Below, one piece after another: positions 39,809 to 51,413 of a stretch of 64,000 bases of DNA (the stretch's first letter is position 1; every line of letters starts with the position of its first letter). The position numbers were made by a program, and so were the translations under genes. Source of the stretch: Glaucostegus cemiculus (taxonomy: Eukaryota); contig CDPCPM010000213.1 of NCBI GenBank assembly GCA_976551045.1, positions 4,898,001 through 4,962,000 on the forward strand, written 5' to 3'. The notes under the pieces are model-generated. The model did no database searches. It had not been told where the DNA came from and saw only the letters and a list, made by a program, of their open reading frames with translations.

Positions 39809-42456
39809 GTGGAATGGCCCACTGGGAGGGCACTGAATATGGTTTCATTAGATGCCCTGTGGCCTTGTTTCCAACAGCAAGACATCTTATGTTGTTGAGA
39901 ATTCCAGTCTGGTCTCATTTCCTGCTAAGTTCTCGATAGTTTATCATTTATTTTTCTTGTTCTACTTTTACAAGAAGTCATGTTCATCAGTGCTTACCAG
40001 ATTTGCATTCCATTACAAATCCCTACCTGACATTCCCCTGGATTATTGCTTTTCTGAACAATTGGTCTTAGTTGTCTGTTCATTCCCTGGCATATAAATA
40101 AATTTGTATTGCTCAGAGTAGTAGATAATTAACTATTGGCCTGGATCAGGCTAATGTTCTTGCCAGTGGCTCTGTAGAGAACCAATCCTTCAGCCATGGT
40201 AAGGTTTGGAATTCAGCACACTGCAATTTTTTGCTGGAGTGTTTCAATTTCCATTGAACTTTTCAGAGTTGATTTTGCAAAAGCTCATACCCTAAATAAG
40301 GTGTTTATCAACAGTGTCTTGTCTTTCAGTATCTATCCTACAGTATTTTTGACCACTTGATCACCATCTAATTGTCCAAAAGCACTCAGCCAGGCTAAAA
40401 AGTTGCGATCTAAAGACAATTTCTGATTTATTTCTTCCATTTCCAAAAGCCAAAAAAAAAATAGTGAGAATGAAGAAGGATTTCATCTTTGGTTACCAGT
40501 ACCAGAACATTGGCCACCAGTTGTACTCAACTTCCAACAATTGGTTCTTCTGGGAGGTGAGGACAACCAGCAGCCAGTGCTCTGGCAAGTGTTTAAACTT
40601 CTCCCTCCAACACCAAGGGATTTCCGCTTTACAGGGTTGATCACCAAGAGAGATGAATGTGAAGAGTTAACCTGGCCCTACTCACATCAATATACATTTT
40701 GTATAAACCAAGGCCTACATCATGTGAGTCTGCCCTTTCCAATCCACTACATAGTCATACAGCACAGAAACAGGCCAGTCAGCCCACCACGTCCACACTG
40801 ACCAGTGGTACCCCTCCATATTACTTCCATCTTCCAACACTTGGCCCATAGCCTTCTGTGTCTGGGCAATTCAAATGCTATTTCATAATTGAAATCACAC
40901 TAATTGAAGTAACATAGCCGTATTATCTTTTGTTATCCTCACTGAAGTTGAAATAATTTCATTTCTGATTTTATTTCTTGCCATAAAAGGTTAAAAAGAT
41001 TACTGGAAATCAGTTGTATATCAAGGAAACGGGAATCAATGGGTGGAATTTAGAGTAGTTTGATGCGACATTTGGGTTAAACTAAATCTGTAGTCTGTGC
41101 TATTTCTAGTATTATATTTCTCATTGATTTATAATGCAAAAAGAGGCTATTTGGGCCATCAAGTTATTTCTTGCTGTCAATGCCACCCCATCAGTCCCAT
41201 TACCCAGACTTCCCTGTTACACTCTGGGCATTCTGCCACAAGAGGGGCATTTCAGCCGTGTGACAGGCAACACAGAATTGTCAGAGTGATGCTGGGACAA
41301 AAGGGTTAAACAATGGAGACAGATTGCAATCACGAGCCTTGTATTTTCTTGCATGTAGAATTCAAGGCATAACTTTTATTAAGGTGTTTAATTAAATGAT
41401 TAAATCATTAAGTTATTTCACAGCAGGGGTAGAAGCTATTTCCTGCTACAGGCACGTCCACAGCAAGGGACGTTACTGTAAAATTAGATCCTGACTCTTC
41501 AGGACCGAAGAATTTCTTCCCAGAAAGAGTGGTGGAAATCAGGTTAGAGTTTTGAGGAATATAGAAGCAAGGTGGGTTAAGATTCACATCACCCATGAAC
41601 GAATTGAAAGGCGGAAGAAGTTTGAGGAGCTAGAAGTACGGTGTTGCCTTGACGTTGATCAGTGCCCACAAATGCACATTAAGCAGTTGCAACGTGGCGG
41701 ACCACCAGATGTATGTATTGGCCCCACAGCTCAGAAATTCAATGGTGAAAGAGGCCAAGGCATTGTTTGCCACTGGGTGGCTTCCACAGGAATCCAGGGC
41801 TAAAGGGGTTTGAAAGTAAGAAGAGAGATAGGGCTGTGGGAGAGTGATTGGATTGGTCCAATAAGTAGGGAGATTGGGGCAGAGCTGAGCTATTGGAACA
41901 TGGTGGCTGTTGGGAGGGGTTGCATCAATTAGGAATGGGTTTGGGTAGAACAGTAGGCTGTGATCATCAGTTTGGGTGTTGGTCACTACCTTGGGGAGAC
42001 TACATGGGATCAAAAGAGAGTCAGATAAGTAAACTACTGAAACAGGACCTACCTGATCCCCTTTAAGATGCGAAGGTGTAGATGTCTCAGGCAATTTGAC
42101 ATCTTACTTCAGCAGGAGTAGTCTGCAGAAGGGTCCACTGAAGATCACAGAAGTGGTCTCCAGACATACCTTGCACATAACTGGAGCTACTGCACATGTC
42201 TGGAAGCCTCTGTACAATACAGATCAGGTGCATTGAGGACCCTGGAACAGAATATTGTGGACTTGCAATCCACTTAGTAAGTCCTGGATTTCCATTAGCC
42301 TTTTATTTTCTTATAAGTAGAATTGCATGGTACACAAAGAATGTGTTATTGGGCAAAATTATTTCTTGGCACACACATCCTATTTCTGTCAACAAGAGGA
42401 AAGCATATTATCCTGCAGGTATGTTCCTGCAAATGACCCATTAGAAAATGGCAGCA

Positions 42457-42507
42457 AATAATAATAAAATATAATAATAATAAAATAAAATAATAATAAT
42501 AAAAAAT
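42457..42507. repeat. (AAT)n/(AAAAT)n microsatellite
   Basis: aataataataaaatataataataataaaataaaataataataataaaaa. Confidence 0.85.
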
Positions 42508-42693
42508 AGAAGCAAATAACTGACAAGGCAAGGAGATCAGTCTAGGATGCAGAGAACAAGATCAAAGTCAGGGCCCTGCTGAAGGGAGGGTGATCTTCCA
42601 CAGGCCAGCTTCAGATGTATGATAACCTTGTCAACTTTTATCTCCTCCTTATACTTTCTGTTAACATAAGTACTTTCTATGTTCTTCATGCAG

Positions 42694-42747
42694 GTAACAG
42701 AACTGGAGACAAGTTTAGAGTCACTGAAGAATTCCAATGCAATTTAG
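42694..42747 (+). CDS. PPP1R9B: PPP1R9B terminal coding exon with stop codon
   Basis: gttcttcatgcag| then VTELETSLESLKNSNAI-TAG, matching spinophilin C-terminus ISELEGNLQTLRNSNST* in length and sequence. A stop here with no SAM domain distinguishes PPP1R9B from PPP1R9A. Confidence 0.88.
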   Translation, partial: VTELETSLESLKNSNAI

Positions 42748-43960
42748 ATGAGAAGACAGTGTTACATCACCTGTACTTAAAATAAACCTTCATGCAGGAG
42801 CAACAGGTCTTGAAAAATGGACATTTTCCTGTTTGTTTTCCTCTGAAAGGTTTGTACCAGTTGCACTCAGTGCAAGAGGTTGTGTTTAAGGGAATTTTTG
42901 CATTATTGTCTTACATATATACAGTTTGCCAAGTCACTTTCAAACAGATGGCCAAATTGAATTTGTCCAGTGAATTATGAATGGGCTGCAATGAACTGGT
43001 CTGCACTAGATTGGACTTGCTTCTCAAGCCACAGAACTAGTAATTTCCCATTCGGCTTATTTAGTTTTAATAATATCGAAAGGCTCGAACAAATGAATGT
43101 TCACCAGGGGCATCCTTATTACAAAAGTAAATTGCAAGGTTTCTGTTGCTCACAAGTCCTTGGTGACCTGTTGCTTAAGAATACCAAGAGGTCCAACCTG
43201 CCGTTACGTCATATGTGAGAAGGCACGTCTTTCTAATGACTGAAAACAAAGGCAGTGCATTTTTTTCTTGTTACATGTGTGATTTCTTTTGACAGATTGA
43301 TGTAAACAGTCATTCTTTTATCAATTCATTTTATTTTGTTCTGTAATTAAGAGCATTATGGCGCCACATTAACAATGCTGATGTCCTTTTATATCTGCAT
43401 AGTGTGAAGGTACCAGTACCTGTCTTAACAAAGATTGTCTTTAGATGTGTAATTTAAAGAAACTATAAACCAAATTTCATTAATTTGTTACTGAACAGGT
43501 GAACATGAAGTGGAATTAAACAACATGTATAGAAACCTCGGAATGGAAAGTTGAATAATGGTTATTGTAATGGACTAATGAAGTAGGTGGTTACGAAGTT
43601 AAAGATACTGAAAATGTTAAATTTTGCAGTTTTTCTATTGTATCTACTGTGATCTACCAGGCTTTATCATTCATTCCTATTGTTATTCATTGTGCCATAC
43701 TTGGTAGATCTTCCCACTTATTGCCATTGCATATGTACAGAAAAAAGTGGGTGTTTGTGTAGATGTTTGACTGAAGCCCATGTAATTTGTAGTATAAAAT
43801 GTAAGAACCAGACTGCACTGTAAAAAAAAAGAAATATTACATGGTCAGATCAGTTTCTGGAGCTGTGTATTACAGATGCTAGAGTCTGATGTTGTGATTG
43901 AATGAGTTCTCCACGGGATGGAGAATGCTAGTGCAAGGAATATACTTAATAAACCATTCC
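42748..43960 (+). other. PPP1R9B: Probable PPP1R9B 3' UTR (end uncertain)
   Basis: AT-rich sequence after the stop with no repeats I recognise; AATAAA at 42781-42786 and 43948-43953. Confidence 0.5.
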
Positions 43961-46900
43961 AGCAGAGAATATATTTAAGAATGAGATTTACCTCACTCTA
44001 CCCTTTTATCATCACAGGTTTATGCCCAAGAGTAAACTAGTTCTTCAGTTTGCCTGTTATTTCAAATGAAGTTGAGGTATCGCGACGACCTAGATATAAA
44101 CTTGACTCATATCATAAGGGAGAGCAATGCTTCTCCCTTTAGACACCGTAGTAACACTCAGGTTGTGAAAGACTTCACCCTTCTTTTTCCCCACTTCTTA
44201 GCATTGCCATGGAGAACAAAGGGGACACATTATAATGAATCTAACACTGGAGTATGTTTGACAAGGTGTAGGGGTGCTCACTGACGTTTGAATAGGGGGA
44301 TGTGCCATTTACACAGCTGCTTTTCCAATCTGTAATGTAGGCAGATGGGGACCATTCCACCCATTACCTGACAACGTTCCACTCAATCCCAGGACCATTG
44401 CGGTACTGGAACTTTAGCTTGTTTAGTCCACAACTCCACAGGATGTAGACTTAGTTGACATTGAGGCACTATCAACAAGCTGGTGGTCCATTGCCCAGAA
44501 ACACAATGCATAGTAGGGTTCCATATTAATAAGTATTCTAATTCTGTTGAAGGGCTACAACAAATGCTCAGCAATTTATCTTCCATGCATTGCATTAAAC
44601 TGTTATTTTAGTAGCACAAAGTATCATCACCATAAACACCATAAGGAAGTAGCATGTGGTATCAATAAATTGTTTTAGAGGGCCACCAAATGATTAATAA
44701 ATGAGGTAACATCTAAACTAAAGCATTTGCTACAGTGAAGAACTTGTTTCAATCACTTAAGTAGAAGAGTTAGTATCTCACCAGATGACCATTCAGGTAA
44801 CATTAAAGCTGTGTGGGCTGCAATTCCAGCAGAGTTATTCGTCAGTGGGCTTCACTAGTTGAGGCTTGCAGCCCTTAGCCATTCAATGCACCCTGATCCA
44901 GTGGCTTACAGAAAAACCCCTGGGATGTCTGCACACTTCACACAGGGTTTCCGAAATATCCAAATTAGGTACCATCTTATTTGAAGTGAATGCTGAAGAG
45001 AATCCATCTTTTTGTTGTTTTCTTCCAGCTGGTTATCCAGTTGTGTGTCACCTAACCCCACTGCCTGATGGCTCAGACCTACTCTGTGCCCCCAGCCACG
45101 ATACACCCACTGTCCCTATAACAAAATGGTCTTTGCCACACAGCCTGTAACTGGCTGCTGGTGCCCTGAATTTCAGTGTTGCCGGTCCCAGCAAGTTAGG
45201 TAAACACCTAACTTAATCCAACAAGGCCAGCTCAGTGGGTTCAGAAACTTGTTCCCATAGATCCCACAAGACCAACTGAAATGTTTGGTTGGTAAGGCAA
45301 GCATTAACTCTGGCAACAGGGTGCTGGACAAGTCATTGAAAACCCACTGTCAAGTGACATCTCATTTGTTCCACTGAGTAACTGAGTTTTCCTGGTGACT
45401 AGCTGAACCACAGCAGGAACCACATTGCTGTCTATTAATAATCCCCAGAAAAGCCAGCAACATGAGTTCTACCATAATCTGCTCAGTCTTCTGGATAAAG
45501 AAGGCAGACTGCCTGTGGGCAACAGGACAGGAGGGATGAGGATAATACGTTTCCCTTGAAATTCATCCCTGACTGGTGCTATATGTTGCAGTACATTGGA
45601 CTTTGCCTCTGAAATTCATTACATTGGCATCAACTCAACAGAACTGAATTTCCAAGGCAAGATGCAATGCACTGTCACGATCAAATGGTGCATTTAACAG
45701 GACCAAACAGGTAAGAATTTCTAGGTTCTCTTTAAAAAAACAAAATATATTAAAAGCTGCTACTTACAAAATGTGATTATTTTTCCATCTGTGGTATTTT
45801 GGAAGGGACTGTAGTGGACATTGTACTGACACACTACCCCTTCAACTCAGGAACTTGGTTTTGGAATCTTGCCTAGTCTGACGAAATGAAAATCTCCTTC
45901 CTTGCCTCCATGTGTCTGAAGGGAAATGACTTTTAGCCTTCTGAGTCCACTTCACAAGAAGCAAGAACCAACAAGAGTAATTATCATTAAATTAGAAATC
46001 ACAGTGTGAGGATAATCATGGAGGGGAGGGAAGGAAGGGTAGAACTTGGTGTAGGGTTACACATCAATGCAGTAAGGATATAGAGGAAGCATCTTGTTCA
46101 TCTCCTATGAATATTTAGTATTAATTTACCTTGCAAATGCTAGAAAAATTCCACATCCCTCACACTGACATCCCTCACTTTGATTAGCATAAAAATGGCT
46201 ATTATCCTTCCTGGATATTATAATGAACATTGGCAGACAAATGATTGCGTTGAAGCAGCAGGTTACACATCAAACGCAAATCTTGCTTTGACCTGCCAGT
46301 TACTCCTTTAGTTGTGGGGAAAGGTAGAAAACACTGAGCCATATTGGATTTTTGATAAATACTTTTATCATTGCAGATTGTTACAGTTTAGAGGTTTCAG
46401 TAGCCAACTGGTTTGCATAAGCCTTGTGCCCACTGTTTGAGATTGTATTGCAATTGGTTAATTTCACTTGTGTATGTGTGATAATTGTATTTGGTGAAAT
46501 GTATACAACTTCAGAAAAAGTTAACTTGTTTCTTTTATGGGTTTCAACCATGTTAGCTGAATGTTGATTAAATTTCCTGTTATAAGGTAAAATCTAGCTT
46601 ATATCAAGTTATTAATCTTCTGATACTTTTTAATTTGATTAAACTTGTCCAATAGATTCTTAAGTAGTGTAGTGAGGATCTTTTGAAGTATTTGACAGGA
46701 CCTAATGAATTTATAATGTCTGTAGCATGTTTTGCTAGTATTGGGTAGGCTTCTTATTGCTATTCCCCTCTGTGTTTAAATTAAATTATCCCTCAGAACC
46801 TACTTTATTTTGAATGTATATTGAGCATTTCCTCAACCATTATATCATATCTTTTAATGAGGTGTAGCATGAATTCATACAAAGCAGAATAAAATGGACA

Positions 46901-47289
46901 ATACCACTTTAATTTTAGGATGTTCCCTTTTAAGTTTATGTACAATGTTTGTCCTTATTTAGGTTCCTTTATTTTTCAGAAGTGACATACTATCGCTATC
47001 TGTAATGTCATTATACTAATGACAAGATCTGGATTTGGAAATTATTTTTGCATTAAAGTCATTACAGCAAATCCCTGCACAATACCAGTGAGCTCATGGG
47101 GCAGCACTGATTCATGCTGTGCTCTTGTAAGCAAAGGAGAATAGAGATCATCTCATTCTGCCTTATTCTGTTGCCCTTCTTCAGGTTTCTGCTGTATAGC
47201 TGCAGAAGTGTAGGCCAACAGGTACATCGCCTGCTCATCCTGCCGTCAGCAAAGGTCGTGTGTTGAGCTGAGCAGGAAGCCACATAGAA

Positions 47290-47520
47290 ACACTTATTTG
47301 ATAATGACCAGATAATCTGTTTTTGTGATGACAATTAAGAGACAAATGTTGCACAGGCTACCAGGATAACTCCCTTTCCCTTTCTCAGAACGGTGCAGAG
47401 ATTCTTTTACACATACCCAAGAAAGCAGATAGGGCCTCAATTAATACTCAATTAATGACCAAAACCTGCTGGCATCTCAAGTAATACAGCATTCCCTCAG
47501 TACTGCATTATAATCTAGTG
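47290..47520 (-). mobile_element. DeuSINE-like (SacSINE1/AmnSINE1-type) fragment
   Basis: cagataatctgttttt...ccaggataactccct...cagcattccctcagtactgca resembles the reverse Deu-domain as I recall it. Confidence 0.6.
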
Positions 47521-47809
47521 ACTTATTAAGGTCAAAGAGCTTTACTTCGCACTCGTCAAGCAAATCTACTACCCAAAATGATGTTAAGCAACACAGGTTG
47601 GAAAAACATCAGGATTCATTGCTGGTCTGGGAGGAGTTAACCATTCTTAGCCAATATTGGAATAGATAGACTATGACTGACCTGTGTTCTTGTAGGTTAG
47701 TGCTTGCTGCTAGTGAAGATGATTTTCTCTTGACATGCATTAACTTCATAAGACTAATGTGAGAACTTCAGACAAAATTTGCACGAGGAAGACTTACTTT
47801 CATGGTCTC

Positions 47810-48155
47810 GAGAAACAAAGCGCTTCACAGCCAATGAGGCATCTTTGAAATATGGTCATTGTTGTAAAACGGGAAACACTGTAGCCAATGTGTGCACAGC
47901 AAGATCCCAGAAACACCAGTATAATAATAATCAGATAATCTGTTTTTCGTGATAATGATTAAGAGATAAATGTTGTGCAGATTACCAGGATAACTCCCTT
48001 CCTCTTCCTCAAAATAGTGCCAAAGACTCTTTTTCACTCATCTCCAAGAGAGGAGATGGAGGATCAGTCAACTCCTCATTCAAAAGAAAGCACCTCCATT
48101 GTCCCATGTTGGCATCTCAAATACTTCATCACTCTTTCAGTACTGCACTGGAACC
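47810..48155 (-). mobile_element. DeuSINE-like SINE
   Basis: gcgcttcacagccaatga...tgtgcacagcaagatccca...aactcccttcctcttcctcaaaatagtgcca...cagtactgcactgg. Confidence 0.7.
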
Positions 48156-48575
48156 CAGTGGCTCATTTACAATAAGTAAAATGGTTTACTTGTCCAGTGG
48201 ACCCAGCTTGAAATAATCTGCCATTGTATTGTCAGCCCACTTGGTGTCATTGGTGCTCACTGTTTGAAGAAGACTGCAAATTTATTATTTATTAAAGAGC
48301 TCATGATTTCATTATAAATGATGGCCTAAGGAAGACTCCTCCCGCCCCCCCCCCCCCCATGTACTTATAATATTAACACACAGAGAAATAAAATGGAGTT
48401 GTCCTACTAATCACTATGCAGCGACACTTGATGGAGCATGTATCAGTGAAGGCCTGTTCTCCCCCTATACAAACACCCACTGATCAATGCTCATTGTTTT
48501 GGCTAACACAAAATAGCCATCTTATCTAGAAGCCGAGGGGCAGTTCAGAACCTTGGGAATGTAAGTTTAAAAAAT

Positions 48576-48810
48576 TTGCAGATGTGGGAAGTCTGAAATA
48601 AAAACAGAACATGCTGGAAACACACAGCAGGCCCAGCATCTGTGGTAAGGGAAATAGAATTAATGTTTCAGGTTGAAGATCCTTCATCAGATCTGGGAAA
48701 GAGGGAGAAAAACAAGTTTGTAAATTGTTTTGTTTTCCAGATCTGATGAAGGATCTTCAACCTGAAAGGTGAACGTTTCTCTTTGCAGAGATGCAGCCTG
48801 ACCTGCCAAC
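48576..48810. mobile_element. Palindromic Penelope-derived element with two opposed hammerhead cores
   Basis: Perfect 31-bp inverted repeat (48666-48696 and 48737-48767) containing CTGATGA-agg-atcttcaa-cct-GAAA. Confidence 0.8.
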
Positions 48811-48958
48811 AGAACATACACTGGGTGCAGCTCAGCAACTTCGGGAAAAGAGGAAGCAAAATGGCGGGTGGTGTCTTGGGGGGGAGGTTGTGGGTAAAAG
48901 CAACAAATAATAAATACAGAGCCGTGTTGTTCTGTCCCAGTCAGTTCAAATCCTGATG

Positions 48959-49185
48959 GAGACACTGTTGACTGCAGATGCTGGAACCTGGAGCAACACA
49001 CAAAGGTACTGGAGGAACTCAGCAGGTCAGGCAGCATCTATGGAGGGAAATGGACAGTTGACGTTTTGGGTCGAGACCCTTTATCTGGACTGGAGTTGCA
49101 TTGTTCCTTTTCACCCAAAATGTTGACTGTCCATTTCCCTCCACCAATGTTGCCCGACCTGCAGAGTTCCTCCAGCTTATCATTT
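48959..49185. mobile_element. Palindromic Penelope-derived element
   Basis: Left arm ctggaggaactcagcaggtcaggcagcatctatggagggaaatggacagttgacgttttggg; right arm cccaaaatgttgactgtccatttccctccacc...gagttcctccag. Confidence 0.8.
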
Positions 49186-49229
49186 GTTGATCTGAAAAAA
49201 GTACATTCAGTTCCTGTCTTTCATGCTTC

Positions 49230-49525
49230 CAGCACAGTGGTGCATCTAGTGGACATGCTGCCGCAACCTTGGCCTCTCGTCTTTGAACCTGTCCTCTGGT
49301 GCTGTCTGTGTGTAGTTTGCATGTTTTCCCTGTGACCAAATGTGTTACCTCCAAGTGCTCCAGTTTCCCTTCACGTCCCTGAGATGTGCAGATTAGTTAG
49401 TTAATTTGTCACTGTAAAATTGTCCCTAGTGGTGGGATTTGGGGTGAGTTGATAAGAATGCGGGGATGATAAAAAGTGTAAAATGGGCGTGGTTAGTGGG
49501 CTTTGCAGTGTGACTCTATATGACT
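49230..49525 (+). mobile_element. V-SINE/HE1-like SINE
   Basis: agcacagtggtgcatctagt head; tgctgtctgtgtgtagtttgcatgttttccctgtgacc V-domain. Confidence 0.7.
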
Positions 49526-51395
49526 ATTTCTCTGGACAGTTAGAGGGAGCTATTTATCCTTGGTCACTGACTAGGAAACACTTGAAGAATATTGGCATGA
49601 TTTGTATTCACTTCTGGGCATTTCAGTGGAACCAAAGTAGAGGTGAGTACAACCTATAACCAGTATTCTGTCAGACGTTCACCAAAACAAATTGCAGCCC
49701 CTGTAATCCAGTAAAGATTTTGAGTCCTGTTTCATGCAGCAGTATTGCATAATGCCAGGAAGGTCTGTAAATGTACGTGGTGACTACATTTTTCTACTGT
49801 AATCTGAACCTAATTTGCTATAACAGTGTAAGCATATTATAGAGGCAGCAGTTTGGATATTTCAAAAATTGGAAATCAGGCTTCTGGGTGGGGTTAATGT
49901 GATCAGAGATTTTGCAGTATTTATTTACCGATCTCATGCTACAATTTTAAGACTAAACTAGAGGCTTAAGCCAGAAATATTGTGTCATAAATGATTTTTA
50001 TATCAACTTGTAACAGTATAAACTTGAACTGATTGTGATGATCAGTTGTTTTGAGGAGCAAAGTGCTGCAAAAGATGAGCAATTGACTGGTAGAAATTCC
50101 ATAATGACTTTTCAGGCAATTCTGGCAACTGGCAGACACCAAGTTGCTTAATTATTTGGCAAAATAATTGATGAAATTCTGGAATTCTAGGAAGCACCAC
50201 CCTGTAAATATGCGTGTTAATGATGAATTGCATTGTAGCAAGCTAGAATTTTTATTTAACTAGTGTGGTCAGTAAGCGAGCCATTCTATGCTCAAGGCAC
50301 TGTAGGACTTTACTGCTTTATTGAGCCAATATTAGCCAATATTAAGTTTTGTATTATTTTTAATCTTGTGATATTCCTAATTGATAATTTTATGGTGCTG
50401 AGCAAATATAGCTATTGATCAATTGCTGTGTGTTTTTAATAGATTCTAACATTATAACACCACCTGTTATTATTGCTGCTGTACAGGACAGTAAAGTTAA
50501 AAGTGTGGACATGCATGACATTCATTTTTATGTCTGATTGTTCATAAATAGTTGGAGTTCAAACTTGATTAACATCTGTATTAATCTAAAGTTTATATGC
50601 CACCATTTTCATTAATCGACAGACGTTTCAGCACTTACAACCAGATGTTAACATTATGATGTCAAGTCCTTGTGAACATTATTAAAATGGGAATTGAATG
50701 ATTTAAGTCAGGGGGATCATAGTTAGATTACTTGTAAATATGAAAGACTGCAGCAAATTCCTCACTTCAAATTTGGCCCTAACTATACTGGACAACTATA
50801 TACCAACTATATGGACAAATTATAGCAAAAAGAAATGGCATCCTGTTGGGTTTAGGTGTGGACTTGATCGAATGATTGAAGTACATTATTTTGATGATGT
50901 AGGGAATCACACCAGACCCACAATATGTTCTAAGATCAGAAGTTATGTTCTGTTGCACCCCTTCCCTTCATATAAACCAGCACTTCCCCAGCAGACACTC
51001 ACTAGTTTAGTTGTATGTTTACATGTTTCACATTTGTAATCTCTAAAATATATTGTTCTGAAATTTTAATCCTTCCTGGTCTCTTACAGGACTTAATCCT
51101 ATAAAATTTTCATTACTATTTATTTTTACAAATCCCAACATGAAGCCAGTAGAACTTTTATATAAACTGCCCAACAGAAACCCATGGTGATTAAAATAAA
51201 ACATACATCAATGTTGAAGAGCTGCATAAGTGAAACATGGTGCTGAAAAGCTTCAGTACTGTGTACTTTAACATTTAAGTGGATTATTGAGAAGAGGAGG
51301 CCCGTATCTCAAAATGTTTGCATGCACTTGGATCACATATGTCTCAGAGTTGCTTGGTAACAGCAGTAGTCAAATGGATTTTTTATTCTAACCTC

Positions 51396-51413
51396 TGCCA
51401 CCAGAGGGAGTAG
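51396..51413 (+). promoter_or_regulatory. CTCF-like motif
   Basis: tgCCACCAGAGGGAGta; motif match only. Confidence 0.4.

Noticed and set aside
41630-42094. 154-aa minus-strand ORF
   Set aside because: No recognisable homology or splice context; lies in G-rich, probably repeat-derived intron sequence.
12006-42747. PPP1R9A (neurabin-1) as the identity
   Set aside because: Sequences such as [15 protein letters not shown] and EIEFLKKETAQRR, and the early stop without a SAM domain, fit PPP1R9B.
50324-50343. agccaatatt duplicated twice (double CCAAT)
   Set aside because: A 10-bp micro-duplication in AT-rich DNA with no other promoter signs.
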